Assembly: GCF_016432865.1 (NCBI RefSeq)
Contig: NC_067399.1
Span: 212,784,001 to 212,848,000, forward strand
Reading direction: 5' to 3'
Length of the DNA stretch: 64,000 nucleotides
From: Antechinus flavipes
Lineage: Eukaryota
The notes under the pieces are model-generated. The model searched no databases. It was not told the origin of the DNA and was given only the letters and a program-made list of their open reading frames with translations. Below, one piece after another: positions 61,255-64,000 of the stretch. The position numbers and the translations under genes are program-made. The number at the start of each line of letters is the position of its first letter. Position 1 is the first letter of the stretch.

Positions 61255-62588
61255 GGTTCATGATCTAGGCATAAAGAATGAGATTATAAATAAATTAGAA
61301 GAACATAGGATAGTTTACCTCTCAGACATGCGAAGGAAGGAATTTGTGATCAAAGAAGAACTAGAGATCATTATTGATCACAAAATAGAAAATTTTGATT
61401 ATATCAAATTAAAAGGCTTTTGTACAAACAAAACTAATGCAGACAATATTAGAAGGGAAGCAATAAACTGGGAAAATATTTTTACAGTCAAAGGTTTTGA
61501 CGAAGGCCTCATTTCCAAAATATATAGAAAATTGACTCTAATTTATAAGGAATCAAGTCATTCTCCAATTGATAAATGATCAAAGGATATGAATAGACAA
61601 TTTTGGGGTGAAGAAATAGAAACTATTTCTAGCCATATGAAAAGATGCTCCAAATCATTCTTAATCAGAGAAATGCAAATTGAGACAACTCTGAGATACA
61701 CTACACACTTCTCAGATTGGCTAAGATGACAGGAAAAGATAATGCTGAATGTTGGAGGTGATACAGGAAAACTGAGACACTGATGCATTGTTGGTGGAAT
61801 TGTGAATGAATCCAACCATTCTGGAGAGCAATTTGGAACTATGCTCAAAAAGTTATCAAACTGTGCATATCCTTTGATCCAGCAGTGTTATTACTTAAAG
61901 AAGGGAAGGGGACTTGTATGTGCCAAAATGTTTGTGGTAGCCCTGTTTGTAGTGGCCAGAAACTGGAAACTGAATGGATGCCCATCAATTGGAGAATAGC
62001 TAAATAAATTGTGGTATATAAATGTTATGGAATATTATTGTTCTGTAAGAAATGACCAGCAGGAAGATTTCAGAAAGGTCTGGAGAGACTTACATGAACT
62101 AATGCTGAGTAAAATGAGCAGGACCAGGAGATCATTATATACTTCAACAACAATACTATATGATGATCAATTCTGATGGACACGGGTCTCTTCAACAATG
62201 AGATGAACCAAATCAGTTCCATTTGTTCAATAATGAAGAGAACCAGCTATACCCAGCGAAAGAACTATGGGAAATGAGTATGAACAACAACATTGCATTT
62301 CTACTCCCTCTGTTTCTGTTTGCTTGCATTTTTTATTTCCTTCTCAGATTATTTTTACCTTATTGCTAAGTCTGATTTTTCTTGTGCAAATAACTGTATG
62401 GATATGTATACATATATTGTATTTAACATATACTTTAACATATTTAACATGGATTGGTCTACCTGCCATTTAAGGGAGGGGAGAGGGGGAAGAAGGCGAA
62501 AAGTTGGAACAGAAGGTTTTGCAAGGGTCAATGCTGAAAAATTACCCACGCATATATCTTGTAAATAAAAAGCTATAATAAAAAAAAG
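61255..62588 (+). mobile_element. 5'-truncated L1 (ORF2 C-terminus, 3'UTR, poly-A)
   Basis: ORFs 61328-61579 (DYIKLKGFCTNKTNADNIRREAINWENIF) and 61802-61999 (CAKMFVVALFVVARNWK); poly-A at about 62570-62588. Confidence 0.95.
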
Positions 62589-62589
62589 T

Positions 62590-63135
62590 ATCACTTTGCA
62601 TGAAAGAACTGCATCTTTTGCCCCCTGATGTGAATGAATCCAGAACTATGGATGCTTTTCAAATAAATGAATTACTTACATCTGAAAAAAAAAAAAAAAA
62701 AAGATGAGAGGTAACAAGTGCTCGAACTAAGATGGACGCACTGAGAAAAGAGAAGGATCCTATTAAGAAAACTAAAGAGTTTCATTTATTAATGACTTGC
62801 TAATGGCTTTTAATACAATCTGTTAAACCAAATAATTTTTAAAACATATTTGCTGATAATATAAACAAAGAAAGATGAGATGAATATTTGGATTAGACCA
62901 AATTTATATATAAGTTTACACAGAGGAAGTCCATGCTAGATTTGATACAGTTTTAAAAGCACTAAAAGATCAATTTCTATCATTTCTGTTTTTAAAAAAA
63001 ACTATTACAGGCCTCAGAAAAATTAGGGACTTCACTGGCTAATTGAAAAGGAAATGAGATTATATCAATAACTATAGCTTATATGCCTATTTCCCCATGC
63101 TATACAAGATTTTTGAGAATAATAAGCATAATAAT
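62590..63135 (+). mobile_element. RTE-X RT remnant
   Basis: ataactatagcttatatgcctatttccccatgctatacaagatttttgag corresponds to an NY.PI.LL..LYKIF-like RT motif. Confidence 0.55.
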
Positions 63136-63804
63136 ATTATAATATCTATCTAAACATGAAAATACATATGTGTATATACACACATATTTAGGGTATTCTT
63201 GCTAAAGGTATGAGAAGAAAGCAGGCAGGATTTCACATACTTTATCCTAATTTAGACTACATCTTTAAAGTCATGCATTTGACAGAAACAATAAGACAAG
63301 TCATATTAGAAGAGAAGACATAGAAGATTAGTGGTCTGAACTATTAGAAAGAGTGTTCATATCAATAAAATTGCAGACCTATAAACAGCAAAATCTAGAC
63401 TCAGCATTTCAATCCAGAAGCAAAAAAAAATAGATAATTTTGCCTTTTTTCATGACTAGACAATATACCTAGTGGACTACATCTCACAAATCTTGTAAAT
63501 GAGTAACCAAGATCACAAATAAGTACAATATCATCACTAGCAGCTAAATAATTTAAAGCACAGGTTATTTCTGAAATTCATTATCTTTTTTGACACAAAA
63601 AACTTGTTATAATTTTCTGAATTTGACTTCTTATGTATCTGAGTCACCATGGTGAGTGATTAGATAAACATAGAGAACTCCCAAATGGTGAAATTCCATC
63701 AAGCAGTTAGGTACTTATCAGCAACTAAATCTTAGAAAGTTGCCTAGAATATTGAAAATTTTAAGTGACTTGTTCACAGTCAATATATAACACAAGTCTT
63801 TCTT

Positions 63805-64000
63805 TTTTTTTAGCTTTTTATTTTCAAAATATATGCATAGTTTTCAATATTCAGCCTTGCAAAACTTTGTGTTTCAAATTATTTTTCTCTCTCTTTTCCC
63901 TTCACCCTTTCCCTTAGACAGCAAATAATCCAATATTATGTTAAACAAGTGCAATTCCATGCATACATTTATGCTACATTTATCATGCTGCACAAGAAAA
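63805..64000 (-). mobile_element. L1 3' end running off the window edge
   Basis: T-tract followed by reverse L1 3'UTR (agccttgcaaaactttgtgtttcaaatt...tcatgctgcacaagaaaa). Confidence 0.75.

Noticed and set aside
1-64000. Prokaryotic operon, defence system or CRISPR array
   Set aside because: The window is marsupial-type repeat-rich DNA with no long ORFs and no regularly spaced repeat-spacer arrays.
1-64000. The short six-frame ORFs (60-144 aa) as host genes
   Set aside because: Most start at TTG/GTG or lie in or antisense to L1, L3, RTE, ERV or simple repeats; none resembles a host protein I recognise.

Overview
This is vertebrate genomic DNA, not prokaryotic. It is AT-rich, repeat-dense and gene-poor. 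The repeat content (WSINE1-like and MAR1-like CORE-SINEs, MIR, L2, L3/CR1, RTE and RTE-X, and marsupial-type L1) points to an Australian marsupial, most likely a dasyurid such as the Tasmanian devil; this is inferred from recalled repeat consensus, not from a database search. I found no host protein-coding gene I can identify. Nearly all ORFs in the supplied track are TE remnants, antisense shadows or simple-repeat artefacts. The most structured region is 32.5-43.4 kb, a nested retroelement pile that is almost entirely on the minus strand. It contains (1) a 5'-intact L1 that retains only its CpG-rich 5'UTR and a disrupted ORF1, with two further L1 3' ends nested inside it, (2) an LTR, (3) a truncated provirus (ERV-A), and (4) a roughly 5.35-kb class I (gamma-like) provirus (ERV-B). 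ERV-B has two LTRs, a tRNA-Ile-like PBS and no recognisable pol. Its env remnant keeps SU motifs, a furin-like site and the membrane anchor in one frame but lacks the TM ectodomain. Several solo LTRs have 4-, 5- or 6-bp TSDs. There are a few splice-site-bounded exon candidates on both strands, a 93-bp duplication next to a 160-N assembly gap, and two unique segments I could not assign. Boundaries of old repeats are approximate; TSD, PBS, LTR-terminus and exon coordinates were read directly from the sequence.
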